From: Candidatus Binatia bacterium
GTDB taxonomy: Bacteria; Desulfobacterota; Binatia; HRBIN30
Length of the DNA: 64,000 nt
NCBI GenBank assembly: GCA_038245295.1
Contig: JBBRSP010000003.1
Span: 128,001 to 192,000 of the forward strand
Reading direction: 5' to 3'
Shown: one piece after another, positions 22,216 to 31,553 of the stretch
Layout of the letters: every line of letters begins with the position of its first letter
How positions within the stretch are numbered: position 1 is the first letter of the stretch
Made by a program: the position numbers and the translations under genes
Notes under the pieces: model-generated
Seen by the model: only the letters and a program-made list of their open reading frames with translations
Told to the model about the DNA's origin: nothing
The model's database searches: none

Positions 22216-24134
22216 TGCAGCATCGTTACGGCTGGTTGTTGGGTATCTTGCTCGCGGCGTGCATCCCATGTCGCGCCGCGACGGCCCAAACCTATTTCTC
22301 CTGTGCTACTCCAACCGATAACGCGGTCAATCAGATCGTCGTGGGTGATCTTGATCGTGACTCCGATTTGGATTTAGTCACTCTGAACACCTCAATGGAT
22401 CGGGTGTCGGTCTATCTCTTGAGTGGAGCATCCATTCGCAGCCGCGGGTGTGGCGGGTTGCCTGCGCCGGTAACCACCGACTTGCGTAGCATCACGATTG
22501 CCATGCCTACACCGGCGACACCTCCGACGCCGAGCACAACTCCTAATACCAGCCCAACCGCGACGCCTATCCACCCCATGGGGGCTAAAGCGATGGCTCT
22601 CGGGGACGTCGATCAGAACGGCACATTGGACGTCGCGGTAGCCCTCTCGTCGGGTGTCATTCTACTGCGCGGCAACGGCCAGGGCGCTTTGGTGGCCGAC
22701 ACGAGCTACATCACCGCCGGCCCGAGTCCCCTCTCCATCGCGATCGCCGATGTCGACGCCGATGGGCGGGCCGATTTGGTGGTCGGCAACGCAAGCAACG
22801 GAACCGTAGTTGTTATCTACGGTCCGAGTTTTACTGAGAGTACGACGGTGAGCAGTGGCGACAGCCTCGCGAGTTTCGTCGTTGTTGGCGACTTCAACCG
22901 CGACGGAGCGTTGGACTTTGCCGCAGCTGACTCTGGTTCAGGAAGACTGACCGTTTTCCTACAACGTCGCCTCAGTCCCCGGACATTTGATCGTGTCGCC
23001 AATACGATCGCTCTCGGCACGACACCGTCAGCCGTTGTGTTGGGCGATGTCGATGGCGACGGCGTCCTTGACCTTGTGGTCGGAAGTGGCGCTAGCAGCG
23101 GTCGCCTTGACGTGTTTCGTGGCACTGGGAGTGGCAACCGGGAGGCCTTCGTCTTGCAGTCACCCGCGCCAGTGTTGACCTCATCGCTGCGCAGCCCACG
23201 TGTGGCGCTGGGATTCCTTGATTCGGATGCGCGTCTCGACGTCGTCGCTTCAAGTCGCGAAAGCCAAGGACCGCTGGCTGTTCTCTATGGTAGCGATGGT
23301 GGGTTGAGCGAAGTCAGCGGACTATGCGGCTCGGCAGGTCGCTGTTTAAGTGGCGGAGCCGCGGAATCGATCGCCACCGGAGATATTGATCAAGATGGCC
23401 GTCCCGATGTGATCGTCGGTTCGCCACAGCAATCGTTGGGATTACTGCTCAGTGCCGCCCGCCCCGCGACGCCGACCGCGACACTACCTCGGACCCTCAC
23501 CCCAACGATCACGCCGCCGCCGATGCTCACTCCCACGCCTGGCGGAGATTGTTGCACGGCGCATGATGGCGCTTCCTGTGACGGGGGTTTTCGCGACGGC
23601 TGTTCAACTTGCGTCTGCGACCTCCTGCCGTCCTGCTGCCAAGGTGTTTGGGATGCGCGGTGCGCCGGCTTGGCCAACGGCGAAGAGCAGAGCGGGTGTA
23701 TGCCGGTCTGTAAATGCGATGTGTCTTTACCGACTCCCACGCAAACCGAGACGCCCACCCCTACCGGCACCCCGACCCTGACTCCGACGCAAACGTTGAC
23801 CACGACACCGTCAATCACGCCGACAGGCCCAACGGCGACGGCAACCCCGACGGTAACGATCACACCGACGGGGGCAACGCATACGCCCACGGCGACGCTG
23901 GCACCATCGCGTACCCGCACGGCGACGGCCAGCCCAACCGTGACGGCCACGCCGACACGAACCGCTGAGCCGGTGGGTACCTCGACGCCGAGATGTATCG
24001 CTAAAGGTGTCTGCGTCCAGGGCAATTCTTGTGCGATCCTTCCTCCCGGCAGCTCAGGCTCCGGTTTGTGGCTGGCTCCGGCCCTGGTTGGATTGCTCTG
24101 GCGCGGTGCGAGACGTGGGTGGCGGCGTAGCTAA
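22212..24134 (+). CDS. Secreted FG-GAP repeat protein with Cys-rich module, Thr/Pro linker and MYXO-CTERM-like tail
   Basis: GDLDRDSDLD and GDVDGDGVLD repeats; CC...CVC...CC...W...C module; C-terminus NSCAI...TM...RRGWRRS; overlaps the previous stop. Confidence 0.85.
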   Translation: MMQHRYGWLLGILLAACIPCRAATAQTYFSCATPTDNAVNQIVVGDLDRDSDLDLVTLNTSMDRVSVYLLSGASIRSRGCGGLPAPVTTDLRSITIAMPTPATPPTPSTTPNTSPTATPIHPMGAKAMALGDVDQNGTLDVAVALSSGVILLRGNGQGALVADTSYITAGPSPLSIAIADVDADGRADLVVGNASNGTVVVIYGPSFTESTTVSSGDSLASFVVVGDFNRDGALDFAAADSGSGRLTVFLQRRLSPRTFDRVANTIALGTTPSAVVLGDVDGDGVLDLVVGSGASSGRLDVFRGTGSGNREAFVLQSPAPVLTSSLRSPRVALGFLDSDARLDVVASSRESQGPLAVLYGSDGGLSEVSGLCGSAGRCLSGGAAESIATGDIDQDGRPDVIVGSPQQSLGLLLSAARPATPTATLPRTLTPTITPPPMLTPTPGGDCCTAHDGASCDGGFRDGCSTCVCDLLPSCCQGVWDARCAGLANGEEQSGCMPVCKCDVSLPTPTQTETPTPTGTPTLTPTQTLTTTPSITPTGPTATATPTVTITPTGATHTPTATLAPSRTRTATASPTVTATPTRTAEPVGTSTPRCIAKGVCVQGNSCAILPPGSSGSGLWLAPALVGLLWRGARRGWRRS

Positions 24135-24184
24135 TCGTGTCTCGGCGGACTCAAGGTCTGCCGCACTCTGGGGAGACTCCAAAC

Positions 24185-25591
24185 GTGGTTGGTATCACTT
24201 CGTACAGTTCGTATATTCCACGCCTGCGACTCGATCGGGCCAAGATCACGGCAGCCTGGGGAACGTCACAAGCGGCGGGTGAAATCGCCGTTGCCAACTA
24301 CGACGAGGATGCCCTGACCATGGGAATCGAAGCGGTCCAGGCCTGCGTCGGGGACCGCGACTCACAGGACTTTGATGGCTTGTACTTCGCCAGCACCAGC
24401 GCTCCCTACCGCGAGAAGCAAATGGCGGGACTCATTGCCACTGTTTGTGATCTGCCGCGGCGTTGCCAATCGGCTGACTTCGCCGGCTCGGTGCGCAGCG
24501 GCGTCTCGGCCATCCTGGCCGCGGCCAATGCAGTGGGCGCCGGAGCGCGACGACGTGTCATTGTGACGGCCGCCGATAGTCGGGTGGCACAACCGGAATC
24601 GGAGATGGAAGGTTTGCTCGGTGACGCCGCCGCAGCGGTAGTCATCGGCGGCGGTGACGACATCCTCGCCGAGATCGTCGATTCGGCCTCCTTTTCGGAG
24701 GAGTTCACCCATCTCTGGCGAACCGATGACGAGAGTTTCGTGCAATCGTTTGCCGGCCGCTTCTCCAATTCTTATGGCTACGGCAAGGACCTCGGCGCGG
24801 CGATCAAAGAGGTTCTGGAGCGGCAGAAGCTCGAACCCAAAGCCATTGCCAAGTTGGCGCTCTATTCTCCGGATGCGCGTGCCGCCGCGGACCTCGCCAA
24901 GGAGATCGGTTTTGATCCGAAGAAGCAGCTCGTTACGCCGGCGGTAAACCTGATCGGCAGTGCCGGTTCGGCGGATGCTTTGTTGGCTCTGGCCAGTGCC
25001 CTCGATACGGCCAACCCCGGCGACCTTATCCTGGTCGGTAGCTACGGTGAGGGCGCCGACGTGATCTTGCTGCGCGCGACAGCTCGTTTGTCTTCGCACC
25101 GCGCCCCTCGCTCGCTGCAGCACGGAGTCGACGCAAAGCTTCCACTGGCGTCGTACGAGAAGTACCTCAAGTTCCGACGGATCTTCGACCTTGAAGAGCC
25201 GGGCGAGGCAATCAACAACGTTCTCGAATTCCAGGAGCTCAAACAGGATACCCGATTGTACGGAAGCCGCTGCCAATCCTGTAGCTGTGTCCAGTACCCA
25301 CGCGCCCGCGTGTGTATCGCCTGCAAGGCGCAAGAGCAGATGGTCGACCACAAACTCGCCAAGAGCGGCGCGATATTCACCTTCACGATCGATCAACTCA
25401 TTACCAACATGGAACATCCGTTGCCGATGGCCGTGATCGACCTTGATGGGGGCGGTCGTCTGTACCTGCAGGTCACCGACTTTCTCGTCAGTGAGGTCGA
25501 AATCGGCCGGCCGGTTGTTCTCACCTATCGGCGTTTGCATGAGGGCGGCGGGAATCACAACTATTACTGGAAAGCACGCCCGGTTCGCTGA
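24185..25591 (+). CDS. HMG-CoA-synthase/KAS III-fold protein fused to DUF35 zinc ribbon/OB-fold
   Basis: GITSYSSYIPRLRL; DEDALTM; GDAAAA; SYGEGAD; C-terminal CQSC...CIAC plus OB fold ending YYWKARP. GTG start after GGGGAG. Confidence 0.85.
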   Translation: MVGITSYSSYIPRLRLDRAKITAAWGTSQAAGEIAVANYDEDALTMGIEAVQACVGDRDSQDFDGLYFASTSAPYREKQMAGLIATVCDLPRRCQSADFAGSVRSGVSAILAAANAVGAGARRRVIVTAADSRVAQPESEMEGLLGDAAAAVVIGGGDDILAEIVDSASFSEEFTHLWRTDDESFVQSFAGRFSNSYGYGKDLGAAIKEVLERQKLEPKAIAKLALYSPDARAAADLAKEIGFDPKKQLVTPAVNLIGSAGSADALLALASALDTANPGDLILVGSYGEGADVILLRATARLSSHRAPRSLQHGVDAKLPLASYEKYLKFRRIFDLEEPGEAINNVLEFQELKQDTRLYGSRCQSCSCVQYPRARVCIACKAQEQMVDHKLAKSGAIFTFTIDQLITNMEHPLPMAVIDLDGGGRLYLQVTDFLVSEVEIGRPVVLTYRRLHEGGGNHNYYWKARPVR

Positions 25592-25600
25592 GGAGCACCC

Positions 25601-26743
25601 ATGAAGGACGCTGTTGCGGTCATCGGAGTAGGTTGCACCAAGTTTGGCGACCTGTTCGAAACGAGTTACGAGGACCTGATTTGTGATGCCGCGTTCGAAG
25701 CCTATGCCGACGCAGGCATCGATCCGGCACAGATCGACGCCGCCTACCTCGGGACGTATATGCCGGGACCCTCCGGGGGTAAGTCAGCGGTATCGCTTGG
25801 CGACGCTCTGCGCCTCTACGATCGGCCGATCACGCGCGTCGAAAACTATTGCGCCACCGGTACAGACGCATTTCGCAACGCCTGCCTGGCGGTTGCTTCC
25901 GGAACCTACGACATCGTGCTCGTTCTAGGCGCGGAGAAGCTCAAAGATCGCGGTGGGCGAGGTCTTCCACGTTTTGGTCACCCTCTACTCGCCAAGGGCA
26001 ACTCGGCTCCCGGACTCTTTGCGCTGGCGGCGACTCGCTACATGCATACGTTCGGCGGCGGGCGCGAGATGCTGGCCAAGGTTGCGGTAAAGAACCATTA
26101 CAATGGGGCGCGCAACCCAAAGGCGCACCTGCGCATGGAGGTAACCGAGGAAAAGGTCCTCAAGGCGCCGATGATCGCGTCACCGTTCGGATTGTTCGAT
26201 TGTTGCCCAACCACCGACGGGGGCGCCGCGGCGATCGTCTGTCGCGCCGATATGGCGAAGCGCTTCCGGTCCGACTACGTACTCGTCAAAGGATTCGGCC
26301 TCGCCGTAACCACCGGCCGCCCGTACTTCGATCCAACCTACGACTACCTCGGCTTCCGCTCTACCCAGATGGCGGCCCAGCAGGCGTACAAGATGGGCGG
26401 GATTACTGCCAAGGACATCAGCTTCGCCGAGGTTCACGATTGTTTCACGTGGACGGAAATTTCCAACACCGAAGACCTCGGGTTCTGCGCCAAAGGCGAA
26501 GGTGGCAAACTCGCGGCTGAGGGGCGAACGTCTCTCACTGGGGACATCCCGATCAACCCCAGTGGTGGTCTGAAATCCTTCGGTCATCCGATCGGCGCCA
26601 GTGGCGTACGGATGATCTATGAGTGTGTCCAACAATTGCGTGGTCAATGCGGCGAACGTCAAATCAAGAACGCCAAACTTGGCCTGGCGCATAATGTTGG
26701 CGGACCAGGGTCCGTTTCCTGCGTGGTTGTTCTCGGCAATTGA
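25601..26743 (+). CDS. SCP2-type thiolase / acetyl-CoA acyltransferase
   Basis: ENYCATG (Cys); EVHDCFT; GHPIGASG; HNVGG. Confidence 0.92.
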   Translation: MKDAVAVIGVGCTKFGDLFETSYEDLICDAAFEAYADAGIDPAQIDAAYLGTYMPGPSGGKSAVSLGDALRLYDRPITRVENYCATGTDAFRNACLAVASGTYDIVLVLGAEKLKDRGGRGLPRFGHPLLAKGNSAPGLFALAATRYMHTFGGGREMLAKVAVKNHYNGARNPKAHLRMEVTEEKVLKAPMIASPFGLFDCCPTTDGGAAAIVCRADMAKRFRSDYVLVKGFGLAVTTGRPYFDPTYDYLGFRSTQMAAQQAYKMGGITAKDISFAEVHDCFTWTEISNTEDLGFCAKGEGGKLAAEGRTSLTGDIPINPSGGLKSFGHPIGASGVRMIYECVQQLRGQCGERQIKNAKLGLAHNVGGPGSVSCVVVLGN

Positions 26744-26926
26744 TCCACGGATCCACGCCTATGCCTAGCAGCGCTGCATAGACTCACTCTGAATCCACCA
26801 CCTGTCTGCTTTTGCTACACACAGGTGGTGTTGTTCCGAGACACCGCAGGCAGCGTCGGGGTTGCGCTGCGCCACCGTACCGCCAATTTTCTTGATGATT
26901 CCCACTCTTGAAACTCTTCCCAGGAG

Positions 26927-26942
26927 TGGCACGCGTCGTGCT
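26927..26942 (+). promoter_or_regulatory. Sigma-54 (-24/-12) promoter
   Basis: TGGCACG-CGTC-GTGCT versus consensus TGGCACG-N4-TTGCW; ends ~48 bp before the ATG at 26990. Confidence 0.7.
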
Positions 26943-26989
26943 TTGTTCTGGCGTGTAGAATAAAAATTCAGCAACACGGGAGAGCAGGC

Positions 26990-27475
26990 ATGGACGGGTC
27001 CACGATGCGCTGGTCGAAAGAGTACGATGGGACGAGTTTCGATGGCATTTTGCCGCGGCTCGTTGAGCCAGAGATCCTCCTTCCGTCCCAGTTCTACAAT
27101 CGGGCGCGCGGCTTGAGTGTGCTCGAGGGCGAGCGCCGCCTAATGCTTGCCATCCTTGAGGACGCAGTGTCGTGTTTCCAGAAGTATGCTGGCGCGACCC
27201 GGCCACGCTCGCGCCGCCTTTTTCAAGAGGCGGAAGAGTGGTTCATGGAAGAATCAGGCGCCTGGGTCTTCTCGTTCGATTCGATCTGCACCGTACTCGA
27301 CATCAACCCCGAATACTTCCGCAATAGCCTGAAGCGGTGGAAAGAACAGTTGATGGCCCAACCAGCCGGCGAGCGCGGTAAGGTTGGTCGCGTGCGCCTA
27401 CGTGCGGCGCGCCGCCACAAGATCCTGCCGTTCGTTCCGCGCCGCCGCAATAAGCCTGTTGCCGCTGCGGCATAA
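26990..27475 (+). CDS. Hypothetical protein (ERRLMLAILEDA motif) with basic C-terminus
   Basis: Clean ORF with RBS GGGAGAG, upstream promoter and downstream terminator; function unknown. Confidence 0.8.
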   Translation: MDGSTMRWSKEYDGTSFDGILPRLVEPEILLPSQFYNRARGLSVLEGERRLMLAILEDAVSCFQKYAGATRPRSRRLFQEAEEWFMEESGAWVFSFDSICTVLDINPEYFRNSLKRWKEQLMAQPAGERGKVGRVRLRAARRHKILPFVPRRRNKPVAAAA

Positions 27476-27508
27476 GGTCCGCGCGACGACGCGATGATTC
27501 GATTACGG

Positions 27509-27545
27509 GAGGCCGGGATGCACTTGCATCGCCGGCCTCTTTTTT
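27509..27545 (+). terminator. Intrinsic terminator between convergent genes
   Basis: GAGGCCGG-GATGC-actt-GCATC-g-CCGGCCTC followed by T6. Confidence 0.8.
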
Positions 27546-27564
27546 GGTGAGCCGTCCGGATCGC

Positions 27565-27945
27565 CTAGTGGAGGTGAATCCATATGCGCGCGAACGTGAT
27601 GCTCCAGGGAACCAGCGACAGCGAGAGGTGAGTCAGAGCCAACAGTACGAGGGTTGGAAGAACGAGACGGTGACCCGGGCGGCGGCTCAGCAAGAACAGC
27701 AGGCCGCAGGCGAAGGCTTTGAAAAGCAGCAACGAAGGTCCGGTTCCGAGGCGCTGGAATGTCGCGACAAGAATCGGATTAGCCTCGCGAACTCCCAGTT
27801 GAATGCCAACATACGTGGCCATGCCGTCGAAGAGTTGCAACGTCAGGTTGAGCAGGAACAGATCGTAGATGAGCAGATACGGTATCAACCGTGGCGCCGA
27901 TTCACCGCTGTGCCAGGGCTGTGTAACGCCCGACTGAGTGCTCAT
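27565..27945 (-). CDS. DUF5658-like small membrane protein
   Basis: LQLFDGMATY...EANP motif; several hydrophobic helices. Confidence 0.7.
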   Translation of the reverse strand: MSTQSGVTQPWHSGESAPRLIPYLLIYDLFLLNLTLQLFDGMATYVGIQLGVREANPILVATFQRLGTGPSLLLFKAFACGLLFLLSRRPGHRLVLPTLVLLALTHLSLSLVPWSITFARIWIHLH

Positions 27946-27963
27946 GTTCCTTGCGCCATAGTC

Positions 27964-29175
27964 TCAGCGCAAGATCCCGTCGGTTTGCAGCCCCGCAATT
28001 TGGGAGGCGGTGTAGCCGAGGATGTTGCGCATCACGAGCTCCGTGTGCTGTCCGAGGCATGGCGCGGCGCGTTGTACCTTGCATGGCGTGCCTTGCATGC
28101 GCCACGGAATGCCCACATGGCGCAGCGTGCCCACTTCTGGATGGTCGAGCTCGGCAAAGATCCCGGAGGCATTCAGGTGGGTGTCCTCGGATAGATCTTT
28201 GCTGTCGTACGTTGCAAAGGCGGGGATGTGCGCTTGCTGCAAAACGGCCACGACCTCTTCGCGTGTCTGCTTTACCGTCCAACCTGTGACGATCGCTTCG
28301 AGTTCGTCCTCGTGTCGTTTTCGCCCGGCCAGCGTAGCGAAACGGGGGTCGTTTGCCTGGCCTTCGATCATCGCCGCGAGTTGTTTCCACTCGGCATCGG
28401 TACGCACGGCGATCGCGACCCACCGCTGTTCACCTCGACAGCGGAATACGCCATGGGGTGCCATCCATGGATCGCGGTTGCCGTTGCGTGGCGGCTGTGT
28501 GCCGTTCATGTCGTACTCGGTTGTTCCTTCGGCAAGGACAGCGATGCTGGTTTCCTGCTGTGACAGGTCAATGTACTGTCCCATTCCCGTTTTGGCCCGG
28601 TGCAGCAGCGCCGCAAGAACGGCGAAAGCGCCGTGCAGGCCGCCCGTCGGATCGCCGTAGGATATGCCAACGTGCATCGGCGGCGAGCCGGCGTAGCCGG
28701 TGAGCGACGATAAGCCTGACAGGGGCACCTGCGCTGGCCCGTACGAAACGTATTCGTGCTCCGGTCCTGTGGCCCCGTATCCCGACAATGCGATCATGAT
28801 GATGTCCGGCCGGATCGACCTCAACGTCTCATACCCCAAGCCAAGCCGGTCCATCACACCAGCCGCAAAATTCTCGCAAACAATATCACTCTTGGCGACG
28901 AGCTCCTTGGCGATCTCGACGGCGCGGGGTTGCTTGAGATCCAGTGCCAAGCTCAGTTTTCCTTGGTTGTACTGATTGAAGTAGCCGCTGCGGTTAATGC
29001 CGGGTTGGCCGTCTCGCCACGGCGGCAACATGCGCGTCACGCACGGGCGAGTCGCGGTTTCGACGCGGATGACCTCGGCGCCCAGGTGGGCGAGTTGGAG
29101 AGTGCAAAACGGGCCGGCCCAGACCCACGTGAAGTCGGCAACGCGAACCCCTTCGAGCGGTAGCTTGGTGCTCAT
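27964..29175 (-). CDS. Family III CoA-transferase, catalytic-type subunit (BbsF-like)
   Basis: DFTWVWAGP; NQGKLSLALD; catalytic-position Asp in YGDPTGG. Confidence 0.92.
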   Translation of the reverse strand: MSTKLPLEGVRVADFTWVWAGPFCTLQLAHLGAEVIRVETATRPCVTRMLPPWRDGQPGINRSGYFNQYNQGKLSLALDLKQPRAVEIAKELVAKSDIVCENFAAGVMDRLGLGYETLRSIRPDIIMIALSGYGATGPEHEYVSYGPAQVPLSGLSSLTGYAGSPPMHVGISYGDPTGGLHGAFAVLAALLHRAKTGMGQYIDLSQQETSIAVLAEGTTEYDMNGTQPPRNGNRDPWMAPHGVFRCRGEQRWVAIAVRTDAEWKQLAAMIEGQANDPRFATLAGRKRHEDELEAIVTGWTVKQTREEVVAVLQQAHIPAFATYDSKDLSEDTHLNASGIFAELDHPEVGTLRHVGIPWRMQGTPCKVQRAAPCLGQHTELVMRNILGYTASQIAGLQTDGILR

Positions 29176-29178
29176 GGG

Positions 29179-30387
29179 TTAGATCACTCCTTGTCGGCGC
29201 AGCGTGTCAATCTGTGGTGGGCTGAGTCGCAGAACATCTGAGAGGACTTCTGCCGTGTGCTGACCCAGGAGGGGGGCAGGGCGACGCAACGCCCACGGGG
29301 TCGCGGTCATTTGATAGGGGGCGCCCGGCATGCGGGCCGGGCCGGCGACCGGATGCTCAATCGTTGCGAAGAACCCCCGTGCTTTGAGGTGGTCGGAGGC
29401 GAACAGCTCGCCCATCGACGATGCCGGTGCCAACGGAATCCGGCGAGCCTGGCCGGCGTGATAGAGTTCCGCGACGCTCTGGTCGGCCGCCCATTCCTGC
29501 ATGAACATTTTGAGGGCGTCCCAATTCTGGGCTCGTGTCAGTCGGTTCTCGAACAACTCGATACTCGCCCATTCTGGGTTGCCCATCAGATCAACCAGCG
29601 TATGCCACTGGTGCTCTTCGACGCAGCAAACGAAAATCCACCCGTCCTTGCATTCGAGGAAGTCGAGCGGCTGGATCGGCTTTTGGCCGAGACGCGACGC
29701 AATCAATCCCATGTAGGGATAGTACTCAAACGTCAGCTCGAGGATCGCCGCCAACGATTCCTGGATCGATACCGATACGTGTTGCCCCTTGTCACTCGAC
29801 AGTCGTGCGAACAGCGCCGCCATTCCGGCGATGGCACCGTTCAGCCCACCCTGAAATTCGGCCTGCTGCCCAAACGCGACCAGGGGAGGCCGCTCATCAC
29901 TACCGGGACCCGCCCCGTTGAGATTGGCAATGCCGCCGGCATTCCACAGAGTCAGGTTGGTGTACTCAAGGTCGCAATTGGGTCCCTCGAGCCCGAAAGG
30001 GGTGATCGACACCTCGATCAGCCGCGGATTCACCTCGGCGAGGGGCTCGTAGCTGAGGCCACGCTGGCGCATGTCACAGGGCCGGTAGTTGTGGACCAGC
30101 AGATCGGCCTCGGCCGTCAAATCGGCCAGTACGCGCTGGCCATCGGGGCGCGTCAGGTCGAGTGTCATGCCGAGCTTGTTGGCATTCAGGTAGAGGAAGA
30201 GCCCGCTTTTTTCCGGATCGACCACTCCGCCCGGGTAGGGGCCACGTCGACGAGCGGCGTCACCCTCCGGCGCTTCGATCTTGATGACCTCGGCACCGAG
30301 ATCAGCCATGAGCTTGGTCGCATACGACGCGGCGACCAACTCCCCACACTCGATCACCCTGATTCCGGCAAGCGCTTGTTCTGACAT
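29179..30387 (-). CDS. Family III CoA-transferase, second subunit (BbsE-like)
   Basis: ADLGAEVIKIE; LNANKLGMTLD; QAEFQGG at the catalytic-Asp position. Confidence 0.9.
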   Translation of the reverse strand: MSEQALAGIRVIECGELVAASYATKLMADLGAEVIKIEAPEGDAARRRGPYPGGVVDPEKSGLFLYLNANKLGMTLDLTRPDGQRVLADLTAEADLLVHNYRPCDMRQRGLSYEPLAEVNPRLIEVSITPFGLEGPNCDLEYTNLTLWNAGGIANLNGAGPGSDERPPLVAFGQQAEFQGGLNGAIAGMAALFARLSSDKGQHVSVSIQESLAAILELTFEYYPYMGLIASRLGQKPIQPLDFLECKDGWIFVCCVEEHQWHTLVDLMGNPEWASIELFENRLTRAQNWDALKMFMQEWAADQSVAELYHAGQARRIPLAPASSMGELFASDHLKARGFFATIEHPVAGPARMPGAPYQMTATPWALRRPAPLLGQHTAEVLSDVLRLSPPQIDTLRRQGVI

Positions 30388-30531
30388 TCGGAGCCGGCCT
30401 CGTACCATGATCGCCCGAGTCCTGCTAGATCGAACGCAATTGGCTTGACAATCGCCGGTCGCTGATGGTGATTTAGGGCGCTACTTGAAGAGGAGAGAAC
30501 CTGCATGTTCGGATCGCGAAGATCAACACGA

Positions 30532-31239
30532 ATGCGGCGAGTGGTGGGCAGAGTAGTGCCGGTGGCGGCGCTGACAGGGTTGTTGTCGTTAGCCGGTTGC
30601 GGATCGGACGGCAGCAGCGGAATCGATGTGCGCCCGGGCGATACGCCGCAGGCCAACATCACTGGCATTGTCTACGGCCCGGGTGGTGCGATCGCCATGC
30701 ACAAAGCCTGGTGGGACGTCGGATTGGTCAGCAGTGCGTTTGCCTTGCTGCCCGGCGTAACCCTGCCGGTCGGGCCGGGGCAACCTGTCTCTTTGTCGCA
30801 GGTTGATATTGTGGACGCGGGTGACGGCGTCATCGATCATGACCAACCGCTCATTCCGCTCACGTTTACCAACTTCGAGGGACGCTACAGCATCATCGCT
30901 CCCGAAGCCGAGGACGTTACCTCGTGCCGCAAGATGGTGTCCGTGGGCAGCGGCACCGCCCTGACTCGCTCCTTCGTGTACCGCAAGAGTCCTGTCGATA
31001 TCGATGCTACCAGCGAAGCGATGGTGCGCGTGATTCTCGACAACGTCGCCCAGACTCGCCACCAGCTCTGCAACTTCAGCAGCGACGAATTGATTCAGAT
31101 CTACGATAAGGTCTTCGTTGCGGCATCAACCGCGCGCGGCGACAACGTCGCCGATCTCAACCAAGCGGCCTACGTGAGAGCGCGCGGCAACCGTGACGTG
31201 CAGGCCGCGCTCGCCGCTGCGGGCGAATCAGCCAACTGA
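30532..31239 (+). CDS. Hypothetical lipoprotein
   Basis: MRRVV...LLSLAGC lipobox; start may be 30505. Confidence 0.7.
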   Translation: MRRVVGRVVPVAALTGLLSLAGCGSDGSSGIDVRPGDTPQANITGIVYGPGGAIAMHKAWWDVGLVSSAFALLPGVTLPVGPGQPVSLSQVDIVDAGDGVIDHDQPLIPLTFTNFEGRYSIIAPEAEDVTSCRKMVSVGSGTALTRSFVYRKSPVDIDATSEAMVRVILDNVAQTRHQLCNFSSDELIQIYDKVFVAASTARGDNVADLNQAAYVRARGNRDVQAALAAAGESAN

Positions 31240-31287
31240 TGCGAACACAGCGGCAGCAGTCTACGGACTGCTGCCGCTGCCTCTGCT

Positions 31288-31545
31288 CTAGGACAATAAG
31301 GCGGATTTCGGCACGACCTCGAGCATGTCGCGCGGCGCGGACGGTTCGTCGCGCCGCTGCCACGCCGACATGAACTGGGTGTGCGAAAACTCCTCACCCT
31401 TCCAACGAGCCAAGACGGTCCAGCCGTTGGCGTCGCGATGCAAGAGGTGGACTTCCCGCTTTTCGGTGAGACCCATGGCGCCACGTTCGCTCTGTGTCAT
31501 CGCAAAGAGTACATACCCTTCGCGTTTGGTGGTTACGAAGTACAT
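31288..31545 (-). CDS. Hypothetical protein
   Basis: MYFVTTKREGYVLF...; follows the upstream gene after 8 bp. Confidence 0.6.
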   Translation of the reverse strand: MYFVTTKREGYVLFAMTQSERGAMGLTEKREVHLLHRDANGWTVLARWKGEEFSHTQFMSAWQRRDEPSAPRDMLEVVPKSALLS

Positions 31546-31553
31546 GGTCGCCC

